NCBI GenBank assembly: GCA_964547775.1
Contig: CAZJOZ010000004.1
Location: 4,286 to 68,285, forward strand
Origin: an uncultured Leucobacter sp.
Lineage (GTDB): Bacteria > Actinomycetota > Actinomycetes > Actinomycetales > Microbacteriaceae
Direction: 5' to 3'
DNA length: 64,000 nt
This document shows positions 55,104-64,000 of the stretch, piece after piece. The stretch's first letter is position 1. Every line of letters starts with the position of its first letter. The notes under the pieces are model-generated. The model was not told the origin of the DNA. It saw only the letters and a list, made by a program, of their open reading frames with translations, and did not search any database. The translations under genes and the position numbers were made by a program.

Positions 55104-55349
55104 GTCCTACTTCACCTCATTCTTGCGTTACCGGAGATCCAGGGGTGGCACCAATGCACCGGTTGCGCATGCCATCAGATTCTTCTGATGGAGGCCGCCT
55201 CAGTTCCACCGAATTTAGAATAGCCGATTTGTAGATACCCGACGGTGAATAGAATCCCATTTCAGCGAAGTGCAATAAGCTTGATCAGGATCGTCCGCAC
55301 AACGCCAACGAAGGTGTACACCCAGATTTCGGGTATCAAAGGAGCTACC

Positions 55350-57179
55350 GTGAACCTCACAGAAACACCAATTATCATTCCCGCTGCGCCGAATGACAAC
55401 GTGACCGACCTGCTCGAGCAACGCGTCGCAGCCACCCCAGATCGAGTCATTTTTGCAACTCCCGAGGGAGATGGCTGGAGCGATCTGACCGCTCGCACGT
55501 TCCGTGAACGTGTGGTCGCGGTAGCGAAGGGTCTGGTTGCTGCCGGAGTACAGCCGGGCGACCGAATTGGCTTCATGTGCAAGACATCATTCGAGTGGAC
55601 CCTCGTCGATTTTGCGCTCTTTTACGCCGGCGCGGTGATGGTGCCCATCTACGAAACATCCTCGCCTCTCCAGATTCAGTGGATTCTTGAGGATTCCGGC
55701 GCCAAGGGCATCATTACCGAGACTGCCGAGCATGCGGGTCGCCTCGCAGAAGTGCGCTCGGACATCTCTGGCGTCGAGTTCGAGTGGAGACTTGACGAGG
55801 GCGCCCTTGACGCACTGGCTCGCTCAGGTGCTGAGATTGACGATGCCGAAATCGAGCGTCGCCGCAATATCGCCAATGGTGACGACATTGCGACCCTGAT
55901 TTACACTTCTGGTTCAACCGGGCGGCCGAAGGGATGCGTGCTGACCCACTCGAATTTCGTCGACCTCTCGCGAAATTCAGCCGCGGCACTTGGTGAAGTC
56001 GTGAATGAGCAGGGTTCATCAACGCTCCTCTTCGTTACTCTCGCTCACGTGTTCGCGCGTTTCATTTCGATTCTTGCGGTGCACGCAGGCGTACGTGTGG
56101 GCCATCAGCCCGACACGTCAAAGTTGCTGGTCTCGTTGGGGAGCTTCCGCCCGACGTTCCTGCTCGCTGTGCCGCGGGTTTTCGAGAAGGTATACAACTC
56201 GGCAGAGCAGACCGCCGAGGCAGGAGGCAAAGGAAAGATCTTCCGCGCAGCCGCCCAGGTCGCTGTGCAGCACAGCCAAAAGACGATGGCCGGCGAAAAG
56301 GTTCCTTTCGGGCTTGCGCTCAAGTTCAAACTCTTTGACAAGCTGGTCTACGCAAAGCTGCGTGAGAAGATGGGTGGCCGTGTCCGGTTTGCGGTTTCCG
56401 GCTCCGCACCTCTGAGTCACTACCTCGGACACTTCTACCAGAGCCTCGGCATCAAGATTCTTGAGGGCTACGGACTTACCGAAACCACCGCTCCGGTCAC
56501 GGTCAACTTGCCGAATAAGTTCAAGATCGGCACGGTCGGCCCTGCGCTTCCTGGTCATACAGTGCGCATTGCTGAAGATGGCGAGATCGAAGTCAAAGGC
56601 ATCGATGTGTTCAAGGAGTACTGGAACAACCCCGAAGCGACGCGGGCCGTTTTCACGGAAGACGGTTTCTTCCGCACCGGCGATCTGGGTTCACTCGATA
56701 GCGATGGCTACCTGACGATTACTGGCCGAAAGAAGGAAATCATCGTCACTGCCGGCGGGAAGAACGTCGCCCCCGCTGGGCTCGAGGATCCCATCCGGTC
56801 ATTCACCGTTATCGGCCAGGTGGTAGCGGTTGGCGACCAAAAGCCGTTCATTTCGGCGCTCGTCACGCTCGATACCGAGATGCTCCCAACGTGGTTGAAG
56901 AATAACGGTCTTGACGAAACCATGTCACTCGAAGAGGCAGCTCAGCACCCTGTCGTGCGTGCAGAAGTGCAACGTGCGATTGATCACGGAAACAAGTTTG
57001 TGTCTCGCGCAGAGAGCATCCGCAAATGGGTCATCTTGCCGACAGAGTTCACCGAGGCATCAGGCCATCTCACGCCAAAGATGAGCATTAAGCGCGATAA
57101 TATTCTGCGTGACTTCGCAGGTGAGATCGCAGCGATGTACGGCGAGAATCCACAGACCGAGGCAGTCCAGACAAACTAG
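55350..57179 (+). CDS. Long-chain acyl-CoA synthetase (AMP-binding)
   Basis: YTSGSTGRPKG, EGYGLTET, TGDLG, GRKKEIIVTAGGKNV; RBS AGGAG before GTG 55350. Confidence 0.93.
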   Translation: MNLTETPIIIPAAPNDNVTDLLEQRVAATPDRVIFATPEGDGWSDLTARTFRERVVAVAKGLVAAGVQPGDRIGFMCKTSFEWTLVDFALFYAGAVMVPIYETSSPLQIQWILEDSGAKGIITETAEHAGRLAEVRSDISGVEFEWRLDEGALDALARSGAEIDDAEIERRRNIANGDDIATLIYTSGSTGRPKGCVLTHSNFVDLSRNSAAALGEVVNEQGSSTLLFVTLAHVFARFISILAVHAGVRVGHQPDTSKLLVSLGSFRPTFLLAVPRVFEKVYNSAEQTAEAGGKGKIFRAAAQVAVQHSQKTMAGEKVPFGLALKFKLFDKLVYAKLREKMGGRVRFAVSGSAPLSHYLGHFYQSLGIKILEGYGLTETTAPVTVNLPNKFKIGTVGPALPGHTVRIAEDGEIEVKGIDVFKEYWNNPEATRAVFTEDGFFRTGDLGSLDSDGYLTITGRKKEIIVTAGGKNVAPAGLEDPIRSFTVIGQVVAVGDQKPFISALVTLDTEMLPTWLKNNGLDETMSLEEAAQHPVVRAEVQRAIDHGNKFVSRAESIRKWVILPTEFTEASGHLTPKMSIKRDNILRDFAGEIAAMYGENPQTEAVQTN

Positions 57180-57190
57180 GTACTCGTATG

Positions 57191-57236
57191 ACACCGGTGT
57201 GGAGGTGAGCACGGCCGCTCACCTCCACACCGGTGT
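57191..57236. terminator. Bidirectional terminator between convergent acyl-CoA synthetase and def
   Basis: 20-bp perfect inverted repeat ACACCGGTGTGGAGGTGAGC / GCTCACCTCCACACCGGTGT followed by TTT. Confidence 0.85.
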
Positions 57237-57267
57237 TTTGGGGTATTGTCGGCGCGTGCCTCGTGGC

Positions 57268-57759
57268 CTAGAACCAGGAAGATGATCGAATCTGTCGCAT
57301 AGCCTCACCACGGGTATCGCGGTCAAGTCGGCTCAGGTACAGCTTGCCATCCAAGTGATCGCACTCATGTTGCAGTGCTTGGGCAAGCAACCCCTCACCA
57401 GAAATGAGGACATCGTCACCGTTGAGGTCAATACCTCGTACCGTCGCCCTCGGGTACCTCGATACGGGGAACCAGAGATCTGGGACGGAAAGGCAGCCCT
57501 CCCCCATCAATTCTGGCTCCCCGCTGAGATCAATAATCTCTGGGTTGAGAACGTAACTCACGTTCCCATCAATGTGCAGGCTAAAGGCACGAAGCGTGTG
57601 TCCAATCTGTGTCGCAGCGAGCCCTGCGCGACCATCGAATGCCACGGTATCGCAGAGATCAGCCACGAGTGCACGTACACCCTCGTCGATATCGGTGATC
57701 GGGTCACAGACAGTCCGCAGGACTGGATCACCGAACACACGAATCTCACGCACTGGCAT
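57268..57759 (-). CDS. def: Peptide deformylase
   Basis: GLAATQIG, EGCLS, QHECDHLDG. Confidence 0.95.
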   Translation of the reverse strand: MPVREIRVFGDPVLRTVCDPITDIDEGVRALVADLCDTVAFDGRAGLAATQIGHTLRAFSLHIDGNVSYVLNPEIIDLSGEPELMGEGCLSVPDLWFPVSRYPRATVRGIDLNGDDVLISGEGLLAQALQHECDHLDGKLYLSRLDRDTRGEAMRQIRSSSWF

Positions 57760-57767
57760 TCGAGCTC

Positions 57768-60700
57768 CTACCCTTCTGCGATGACGAGCAAGAGGTCGCC
57801 AGCTTCCACACCCCTCGCTCCTTCAAAGACCACCCGTTCAACACGGCCCGCAACCGGCGCCGTAATTGCAGCTTCCATCTTCATTGCTTCGATGGTTGCT
57901 ACTGGCTGACCTGCCTCGACCGTGTGACCTACCGCGGCCTTCATCGTGACCGTGCCCGAGAACGGTGCTGCCACGTGACCTACGATGGTTCGATCTGCCT
58001 TTTCTGCGGTGACCGTCTCTACCAGGACTGACTGGTCCTTGACGAAGACTGGCCGCAGCTGGCCGTTCACCCGGACCATCACCGTCCGAATGCCCTTGTC
58101 GTCCGCTTCGCCGATCGCTTCCAGACCGACGTAGAGACGCACTCCCTTAGACAGGTCGATAGCGTGTTCTGCGCCGACCTCTAGCCCATATAAGTAATCC
58201 CCGGTATCAAGGATCGAGAGATCACCGTACCGCTCGCGAGTCTCATGGAAATGCTGCGTAGGCGCTGGGAAGAGCAATCGATTCAACGTGTCCCGCCGCT
58301 CCTCGCTCGTACCCTCCAGCAGGTGCTCATCATCCACTGAAACATCAGCAACCCCGATGGACACCTCACGCCCCGCAAGTACCTTACTGCGGAACGGTTC
58401 AGGCCATCCGCCCGGAATCTCTCCCAGTTCTCCAGCGAGGAAACCTACAACGGAGTCAGGAATGTCATAATTTTGAGGATTTGCTTCAAAATCAGCTGGA
58501 TCGGCATCGACCGCAGCGAGATGCAGGGCGAGGTCGCCGACCACCTTAGATGACGGAGTCACTTTTGGAATACGGCCGAGGATTCGGTTCGATTCCGCGT
58601 ACATGTCTTCGATCTTTTCGAAATTATCGGCCAAGCCGAGCGCAATCGCCTGCTGGCGAAGATTTGAGAGTTGCCCGCCAGGAATCTCGTGTGTGTACAC
58701 TCGCCCTGTCGGAGACGGAAGACCAGACTCGAACGGACGATATGCGGTACGCACTGCATCCCAATAGGGTTCCAGTGAAAAGACTGCGTCCTGGCTGAGC
58801 CCAGTATCTCGCTCGGTGTTCGCGAGAGACGCTACCAGTGCAGACAGAGAAGGCTGAGAGGTCGTTCCTGCCATCGGAGCGGATGCCGCATCAACAGCAT
58901 CGACCCCAGCTCGTGCCGCCGCAAGCAAGGTTGCGAGTTGACCACCCGGGGTGTCGTGGGTGTGCAAGTGTACGGGCACATCAAATCGTTCGCGCAGCGC
59001 GATGACCAGCTTCTCAGCAGCAGCTGGTCGAAGCAGTCCCGCCATATCTTTAATCGCGAGTATGTGTGCGCCAGACTCAACTATCTGCTCAGCCAAACGG
59101 AGATAATAGTCCAGCGTGTACTTATCTTCACTCGGATCTAGCAGGTTTCCGGTGTAGCACACCGCCACTTCTGCGACCGCGCTTCCCGTGTCACGAACAG
59201 CATCGATGGCGGCTCGCATTTGATCAACATCGTTGAGGGCGTCAAAGATACGGAAAATGTCCACTCCGGTAGCAGTGGCTTCCCGAATAAATGCTTGAGC
59301 GACCTTTGCTGGATATGGGGTATACCCCACGGTATTCTGGCCGCGCAGGAGCATTTGGATCGGGACGTTGGGCATAGCCTCACGCAGCGCAGCAAGTCGC
59401 TCCCAAGGATCCTCTGCCAAGAAACGCAGTGCGACGTCGTAGGTCGCGCCTCCCCACGCTTCCACAGAGAACAACTGCGGTGTCAGTCGGGCAACGTGTG
59501 GCGCTGCGGCAACGAGATCTTTCGTTCGAACACGAGTTGCCAGCAGCGACTGATGGGCGTCACGGAATGTGGTGTCTGTCACTGCAAGCGCCGTCTGCTC
59601 ACGGAGGGCACGCGCAAACGCCTCAGGGCCGACTGCCTGTAGAAGTTGACGGCCACCCGCTGGCGCAGGGACCGAGAGGTCAGTGTCCGGCAGTTTTACC
59701 TGAGGCTCGATCGCAGCGGGGCGAACCCCGTGAGGCTGGTTGACGGTGACATCGGCAAGGTACTGCATTAATCGCGTGGCGCGATCCTTTGGCTTATTGA
59801 GCGTAAGGAGTTCAGGGCGCTCCTCAATGAACGACGTACTTACGTCTCCTGCCTGAAAATCAGGGTCATCAAGTACGGCCTGCAGGAACGGAATGTTCGT
59901 TGCCACCCCGCGGATACGGAATTCTGCGAGAGCCCGCCTTGCGCGGACGACCGCCGAAGAAAAATCACGCCCTCGACAGGTCAGCTTCGCGAGCATGGAG
60001 TCGAAGTGTGGACTGATGTGTGCACCAGGGTTGATCGTGCCACCATCGAGTCGGACCCCGCCGCCACCGGGTGAGCGGTAGGTCGTAATACGCCCAAGGT
60101 CCGGCCTGAAACCATCCGCGGGGTTTTCGGTGGTGATTCGACACTGGAGCGCCGCCCCATGCATCTGAATATTTTCCTGCTGCAATCCCAGGTCTTCAAG
60201 CGTGGCCCCCGCAGCAATACGCATTTGCGCCTGCACGAGGTCAATATCGGTGATCTCTTCCGTGACGGTGTGCTCAACCTGAATACGAGGATTCATTTCG
60301 ATGAACACGTGCTGACCAGCACGCTCCCCCTCGGTATCGAGCAAGAATTCCACCGTGCCGGCGTTCTCGTAGCCGATTGATTGTGCGAAGGCGATCGCAT
60401 CGCTCGTCAGTGCTTCACGAGTAGCCTCACTCAAGTTTGGAGCCGGTGCGATTTCGACAACCTTCTGGTGCCGTCGCTGCACAGAACAGTCACGCTCGAA
60501 AAGATGAACCGCGGCCCCGGTTCGGTCAGCGAGCACCTGAACTTCGATATGCCTCGGTCGGAGGACCGCCTGTTCAATGAACATGGTGGCATCACCAAAG
60601 GCACTCTCAGCTTCGCGCATCGCTGATTCGAGCGCTTCGCGAAGATCAGCTTCGCGTTCCACCCTGCGCATACCGCGACCACCGCCGCCTGCGACGGCTT

Positions 60701-61172
60701 TCGCAAACACAGGGAAACCAATCGCTCGCGCGCCTTCCACCAGTTCATCGAGATCCTTCGACGGCGGGGTCGACTGCAAGACCGGCACCCCAGCAGCAAT
60801 GGCGTGCTGTTTCGCGGATACCTTATTCCCTGCCATCTCGAGAGCACGCGTGCCTGGCCCAATAAAGGTAATACCGGCAGCCTCTGCTGCGGATGCCAGT
60901 TCCGGATTCTCCGAAAGGAAGCCGTAGCCCGGGTAGATCGCATCTGCACCAGACTCACGCGCAACGCGAATGATTTCATCCACGTCAAGGTACGCGCGTA
61001 CGGGGTGCCCCTCTGTGCCAATGAGATATGCCTCATCCGCTTTCAGTCGGTGCAGCGAGTTGCGATCTTCGTAGGGGAAGACCGCAACGGTTCTCGCACC
61101 TAACTCATTCGCCGCACGAAACGCTCGAATGGCAATCTCACCGCGATTGGCGACCAGAATCTTTTTGAACAC
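57768..61172 (-). CDS. pyc: Pyruvate carboxylase
   Basis: KILVANRGEIA start (GTG 61172), biotin carboxylase domain, RDAHQSL carboxyltransferase motif, EAMKME biotin site. Confidence 0.97.
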   Translation of the reverse strand: MFKKILVANRGEIAIRAFRAANELGARTVAVFPYEDRNSLHRLKADEAYLIGTEGHPVRAYLDVDEIIRVARESGADAIYPGYGFLSENPELASAAEAAGITFIGPGTRALEMAGNKVSAKQHAIAAGVPVLQSTPPSKDLDELVEGARAIGFPVFAKAVAGGGGRGMRRVEREADLREALESAMREAESAFGDATMFIEQAVLRPRHIEVQVLADRTGAAVHLFERDCSVQRRHQKVVEIAPAPNLSEATREALTSDAIAFAQSIGYENAGTVEFLLDTEGERAGQHVFIEMNPRIQVEHTVTEEITDIDLVQAQMRIAAGATLEDLGLQQENIQMHGAALQCRITTENPADGFRPDLGRITTYRSPGGGGVRLDGGTINPGAHISPHFDSMLAKLTCRGRDFSSAVVRARRALAEFRIRGVATNIPFLQAVLDDPDFQAGDVSTSFIEERPELLTLNKPKDRATRLMQYLADVTVNQPHGVRPAAIEPQVKLPDTDLSVPAPAGGRQLLQAVGPEAFARALREQTALAVTDTTFRDAHQSLLATRVRTKDLVAAAPHVARLTPQLFSVEAWGGATYDVALRFLAEDPWERLAALREAMPNVPIQMLLRGQNTVGYTPYPAKVAQAFIREATATGVDIFRIFDALNDVDQMRAAIDAVRDTGSAVAEVAVCYTGNLLDPSEDKYTLDYYLRLAEQIVESGAHILAIKDMAGLLRPAAAEKLVIALRERFDVPVHLHTHDTPGGQLATLLAAARAGVDAVDAASAPMAGTTSQPSLSALVASLANTERDTGLSQDAVFSLEPYWDAVRTAYRPFESGLPSPTGRVYTHEIPGGQLSNLRQQAIALGLADNFEKIEDMYAESNRILGRIPKVTPSSKVVGDLALHLAAVDADPADFEANPQNYDIPDSVVGFLAGELGEIPGGWPEPFRSKVLAGREVSIGVADVSVDDEHLLEGTSEERRDTLNRLLFPAPTQHFHETRERYGDLSILDTGDYLYGLEVGAEHAIDLSKGVRLYVGLEAIGEADDKGIRTVMVRVNGQLRPVFVKDQSVLVETVTAEKADRTIVGHVAAPFSGTVTMKAAVGHTVEAGQPVATIEAMKMEAAITAPVAGRVERVVFEGARGVEAGDLLLVIAEG

Positions 61173-61334
61173 GTGACTCCTCAACACATCATGCCCACAC
61201 ACTGGAAAGCGCCCGAGGTTCAGCCTACAGGTACTCGGATTGCTCCAACGAAACTCCTGAGAAAAAGAGTGAAATCTTTGTTGGCCGTCACCCTCACCTT
61301 TGCCCATGGTGTCCGGCAACAATACACTGGAACC

Positions 61335-62219
61335 GTGCATGTACTTAGCGTGAGCTCTCTCAAGGGCGGAGTTGGCAAGACAACCGTGGCACTCGGGCTC
61401 GCTTCGGCGGCGTTTTCCCGGGGACTTCGCACCCTTGTTGTTGACCTCGACCCGCAATCCGATGTCTCAACAGGCATGGATGTGAACCCCGAGGAGTACA
61501 ACAACATTTCCCAGGTTCTCGAGAAGCCGCAATCCGTACGGTCAGCCATTGCTCCCAGTGGATGGAATAAACACCACGAGGGTCTTATTCACCTGCTCGT
61601 CGGTAGCCCTTCTGCGATCAATTTTGATGTGCCCCATCCGACCATCCGTGAGATATGGAAGCTGGAAGAAGCACTCTCGATTGTGGAAGCAGATTATGAT
61701 CTCGTGATCATTGACTGTGCCCCGTCACTCAACGCACTCACCCGCACCGCGTGGGCTGCGAGTGACCGAGTCTTGGTCGTCACTGAGCCGGGCTTCTTCG
61801 CTGTTGCAGCAGCAGACCGCGCGCTGAGAGCAATCGAAGAAGTTCGCCGGGGAATTAGCCCCCGCTTGGAACCACAAGGCATTCTCATCAACCGCGCACG
61901 TCCCCAATCGACGGAGCACCAGTTCCGCATCAAAGAGCTCAAGGACCTGTTCGGATCGTTGGTGCTGTCACCTCAGCTTCCAGAGAGAACCTCACTCCAG
62001 CAAACTCAGGGCGCGGCGAAGCCGGTTCATCTGTGGCCGGGAGAGGCCGCACAGGAGATGGCAGGCTACTTCGATGAAGTCCTTGATCAGGTCATCGCTT
62101 CATCAAACATCGACAAGAATGCGGTTCGCCCCGCAGTAAAGCGCACCGTTCAGTCTGCGTTCGTGGCAGAGAATGAGCCCGTCGGCGAAGATACCGCGGT
62201 CACCGACGCCGACCAGTAA
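61335..62219 (+). CDS. Orphan ParA/MinD-family ATPase
   Basis: KGGVGKTT deviant Walker A, DLDPQ, IIDCAPS; TACACT-N6-GTG start at 61335. Confidence 0.9.
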   Translation: MHVLSVSSLKGGVGKTTVALGLASAAFSRGLRTLVVDLDPQSDVSTGMDVNPEEYNNISQVLEKPQSVRSAIAPSGWNKHHEGLIHLLVGSPSAINFDVPHPTIREIWKLEEALSIVEADYDLVIIDCAPSLNALTRTAWAASDRVLVVTEPGFFAVAAADRALRAIEEVRRGISPRLEPQGILINRARPQSTEHQFRIKELKDLFGSLVLSPQLPERTSLQQTQGAAKPVHLWPGEAAQEMAGYFDEVLDQVIASSNIDKNAVRPAVKRTVQSAFVAENEPVGEDTAVTDADQ

Positions 62220-62341
62220 GTGCGACGCATCGGAGAGGCGTAGCACGCGTCACGCCCGACGAAGCGTGCCTACTCGCCGGCATCTCCAGAGCCGAACAGG
62301 TGTGATGACGCCCGCACATTCGGGCGCCATGCTACGACTGG

Positions 62342-62896
62342 CTACGACGACTGTCGGAGCTGACGGCGAGCCGCAAGCTCATCCATGCCAGCTGCCTCTG
62401 AGCGCCGCTCGTCCAGGTCTACCAGTGACGTCTCGACCTCACGCAGCACTTTACCCACGGCAATGCCGAACACGCCCTGGCCCCTGCTGACCAGATCGAT
62501 CACCTCGTCGTTTGAGGTGCAAAGGTACACACTCGCTCCATCGCTCATGAGCGTGGTCTCGGCTAAGTCATTGACCCCGGCCTCGCGAAGCTGCGCTACC
62601 GCCGTGCGAATCTGCTGCAACGAAATTCCAGTGTCGAGCAACCGCTTCACAAGTTTCAGAACCAGAATATCTCGGAAGCCGTAGAGTCGTTGAGACCCCG
62701 ATCCGCTTGCGCCCTGCACGGTAGGCTCGACGAGCGAGGTTCGCGCCCAGTAGTCGAGTTGCCGATAGCTGATGCCTGCAGCCTTAGCCGCGACCGCGCC
62801 TTTGAAGCCCCCATCACGATTTGGCTGAGGAAGCCCATCAATGAAGAGCGGCTGCGGCGAGGAAACGATTTCCGGGGTCTGCGCGAAGCCTTCCAT
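62342..62896 (-). CDS. MerR-family regulator, Rv1830-like
   Basis: GISYRQLDYWAR, SQRLYGFRDIL, GQGVFGIA, DELAARR. Confidence 0.92.
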   Translation of the reverse strand: MEGFAQTPEIVSSPQPLFIDGLPQPNRDGGFKGAVAAKAAGISYRQLDYWARTSLVEPTVQGASGSGSQRLYGFRDILVLKLVKRLLDTGISLQQIRTAVAQLREAGVNDLAETTLMSDGASVYLCTSNDEVIDLVSRGQGVFGIAVGKVLREVETSLVDLDERRSEAAGMDELAARRQLRQSS

Positions 62897-62958
62897 CGCG
62901 TTCCTCTCTTCTCAATGCCTGTTCACTCAACGCTACCGCTCAGTGACCTTTGGAGCAA

Positions 62959-62983
62959 TTAACCTTCAACCTTAACTTTAGGC
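62959..62983. promoter_or_regulatory. Putative FtsR-type box upstream of the Rv1830-like gene
   Basis: TTAACCT-TCAACCTTAACTTTAGGC; 13/17 identical to the ftsZ-upstream core. Confidence 0.55.
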
Positions 62984-63021
62984 CTCCCTGCAGTCAGCGA
63001 GGTCACGACTCGCCGACGCGT

Positions 63022-63702
63022 TTACCGCCCGAGTCTGCGACGTAGCACGCCTCGGCGCACCGTCTCAAGCAAATCAACAAGCTCGAGTGAACGCTCGCGC
63101 CCGTCAGGGCTCACGCCCTTCACGCCGCGAGCCTCAAGCGCTTGCCCCACCAGCTCGGCATCCCGCTCAGCGGCGACCCGCATACTCCTCAGGTGACGAG
63201 GAGTGAGGCCGAGTTCTGCGAGTTGCAACAGGGCTGAAAGCTCACTCACCGTTTCGTAGGGAAACACTTCCGCAGCAGGCAACACACCCGCAGCAATCGC
63301 TTCGGCAATAAACTTCGGGGTTGCCCCTGTCATTCGTTGCAACTCTTCCCTGCTCAGCAAGCGCCGCGGGGCCAGAATACTTGACGCGCTTCGATTCGAC
63401 GCTCCGGGAATGATCGGGTCTCGCCCCGCGTCCATGTCATCGAGTACGTCTGCAATGACTTTCAACGGCAGATAGTGCTCCCGTTGAAGGGTGAGGATAA
63501 GCCTCAGCCGCTCAATATCAAGCTGAGAGAACTTGCGATACCCCGATTTTGTCCGCTCAGGAGAAACCAGGCCTTGCTCCTCAAGAAAACGCAGCTTCGA
63601 GGGTGTCAGGTCACCGAAATCGTCCTGCAGTCGTTCAAGCACTTGCCCGATGCTGAATTTGCCTGTTTCTGGGCGGCTCGCTGCCGCGGTTGTCGGGGCC
63701 AA
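63022..63702 (-). CDS. MerR-family regulator, Rv1828/FtsR-like
   Basis: SIGQVL..L..DF..LTPSKLRFLEEQGLVSPERTKSGYRKF, YLPLKVI; directly downstream of the FHA gene. Confidence 0.9.
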   Translation of the reverse strand: MAPTTAAASRPETGKFSIGQVLERLQDDFGDLTPSKLRFLEEQGLVSPERTKSGYRKFSQLDIERLRLILTLQREHYLPLKVIADVLDDMDAGRDPIIPGASNRSASSILAPRRLLSREELQRMTGATPKFIAEAIAAGVLPAAEVFPYETVSELSALLQLAELGLTPRHLRSMRVAAERDAELVGQALEARGVKGVSPDGRERSLELVDLLETVRRGVLRRRLGR

Positions 63703-64000
63703 CTAACGCTGTCCTGGCAGGTCGAAACGCGAAGCGAAAAAGGTGAACTTGAACTTGCCCACCTGCACTTCAACGCCGTCGTACAGTCGCACGAGATCAT
63801 CTGTCCGCTGTCCGTCGCAGTAAGTGCCATTCAAAGACCCAAGGTCTCGCACCGAAAACTCGGTGCCGTTGCGCACGAACTCAGCATGCCGACGTGACAC
63901 CGTGACGTCATCGAGGAAAATATCAACCGCCGGGTGCCGACCTGCGATGGTCACATCTTGATCGAGAAGGAAGCGAGCGCCCTGGTCTGGCCCGCGACGA
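63703..64000 (-). CDS. garA: FHA domain protein GarA/OdhI (5' part outside window)
   Basis: RRGPDQGARFLLD, GRHP..DIFLDDVTVSRRHAEF, DLGSLNGTY, QVGKFK. Confidence 0.9.
   Translation of the reverse strand, partial: RRGPDQGARFLLDQDVTIAGRHPAVDIFLDDVTVSRRHAEFVRNGTEFSVRDLGSLNGTYCDGQRTDDLVRLYDGVEVQVGKFKFTFFASRFDLPGQR

Noticed and set aside
57191-57236. 20-bp perfect inverted repeat as a possible MITE/REP or transposon end
   Set aside because: Single copy in the window, lying between convergent genes with a T-tract; best explained as a bidirectional terminator.
61173-61457. Track extensions of pyc (to 61457) and ParA (from 61173) that make the two genes overlap
   Set aside because: Family N-termini begin at GTG 61172 and GTG 61335; the extensions are artefacts of the longest-ORF rule.
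62220-62341. Imperfect GC-rich hairpins between convergent ParA and MerR genes as a novel RNA
   Set aside because: Stems are interrupted and are consistent with ordinary weak terminators.

Overview
A 64-kb, high-GC stretch of actinobacterial core chromosome. Gene order and protein sequences suggest Microbacteriaceae, possibly Leucobacter-like (inference). Almost all genes are on the minus strand. In plus-strand coordinate order: rel-secF-secD-yajC-ruvB-ruvA; leuA with a Leu-rich leader peptide; era-CBS protein-ybeY-phoH-HIT-rsmE-dnaJ-hrcA (CIRCE)-hemW-DUF1990-lepA-rpsT; thioesterase-ettA-lipoprotein-ssb-msrA-nadE-dnaE; rluA-lspA-divIVA-yggT-sepF-yggS-ftsZ and the dcw cluster to mraZ; polyprenyl synthase, Rv2175c-like, PASTA kinase, DAHP synthase, acyltransferase, acyl-CoA synthetase, def, pyc, an orphan ParA, two MerR regulators and a partial garA/odhI FHA gene. 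I see no mobile element, prophage, CRISPR array, rRNA, tRNA or defence island. The strongest anomaly is the gene in the murD slot. It is an uninterrupted 349-aa ORF that has lost the P-loop lysine, the other catalytic motifs and the whole C-terminal D-Glu-binding domain, so it is a candidate MurD pseudoenzyme. Second is a shared operator-like motif upstream of ftsZ and of the Rv1830-like MerR gene (FtsR-type box). Many start sites were re-assigned from the ORF track using RBS or leaderless-promoter signals.
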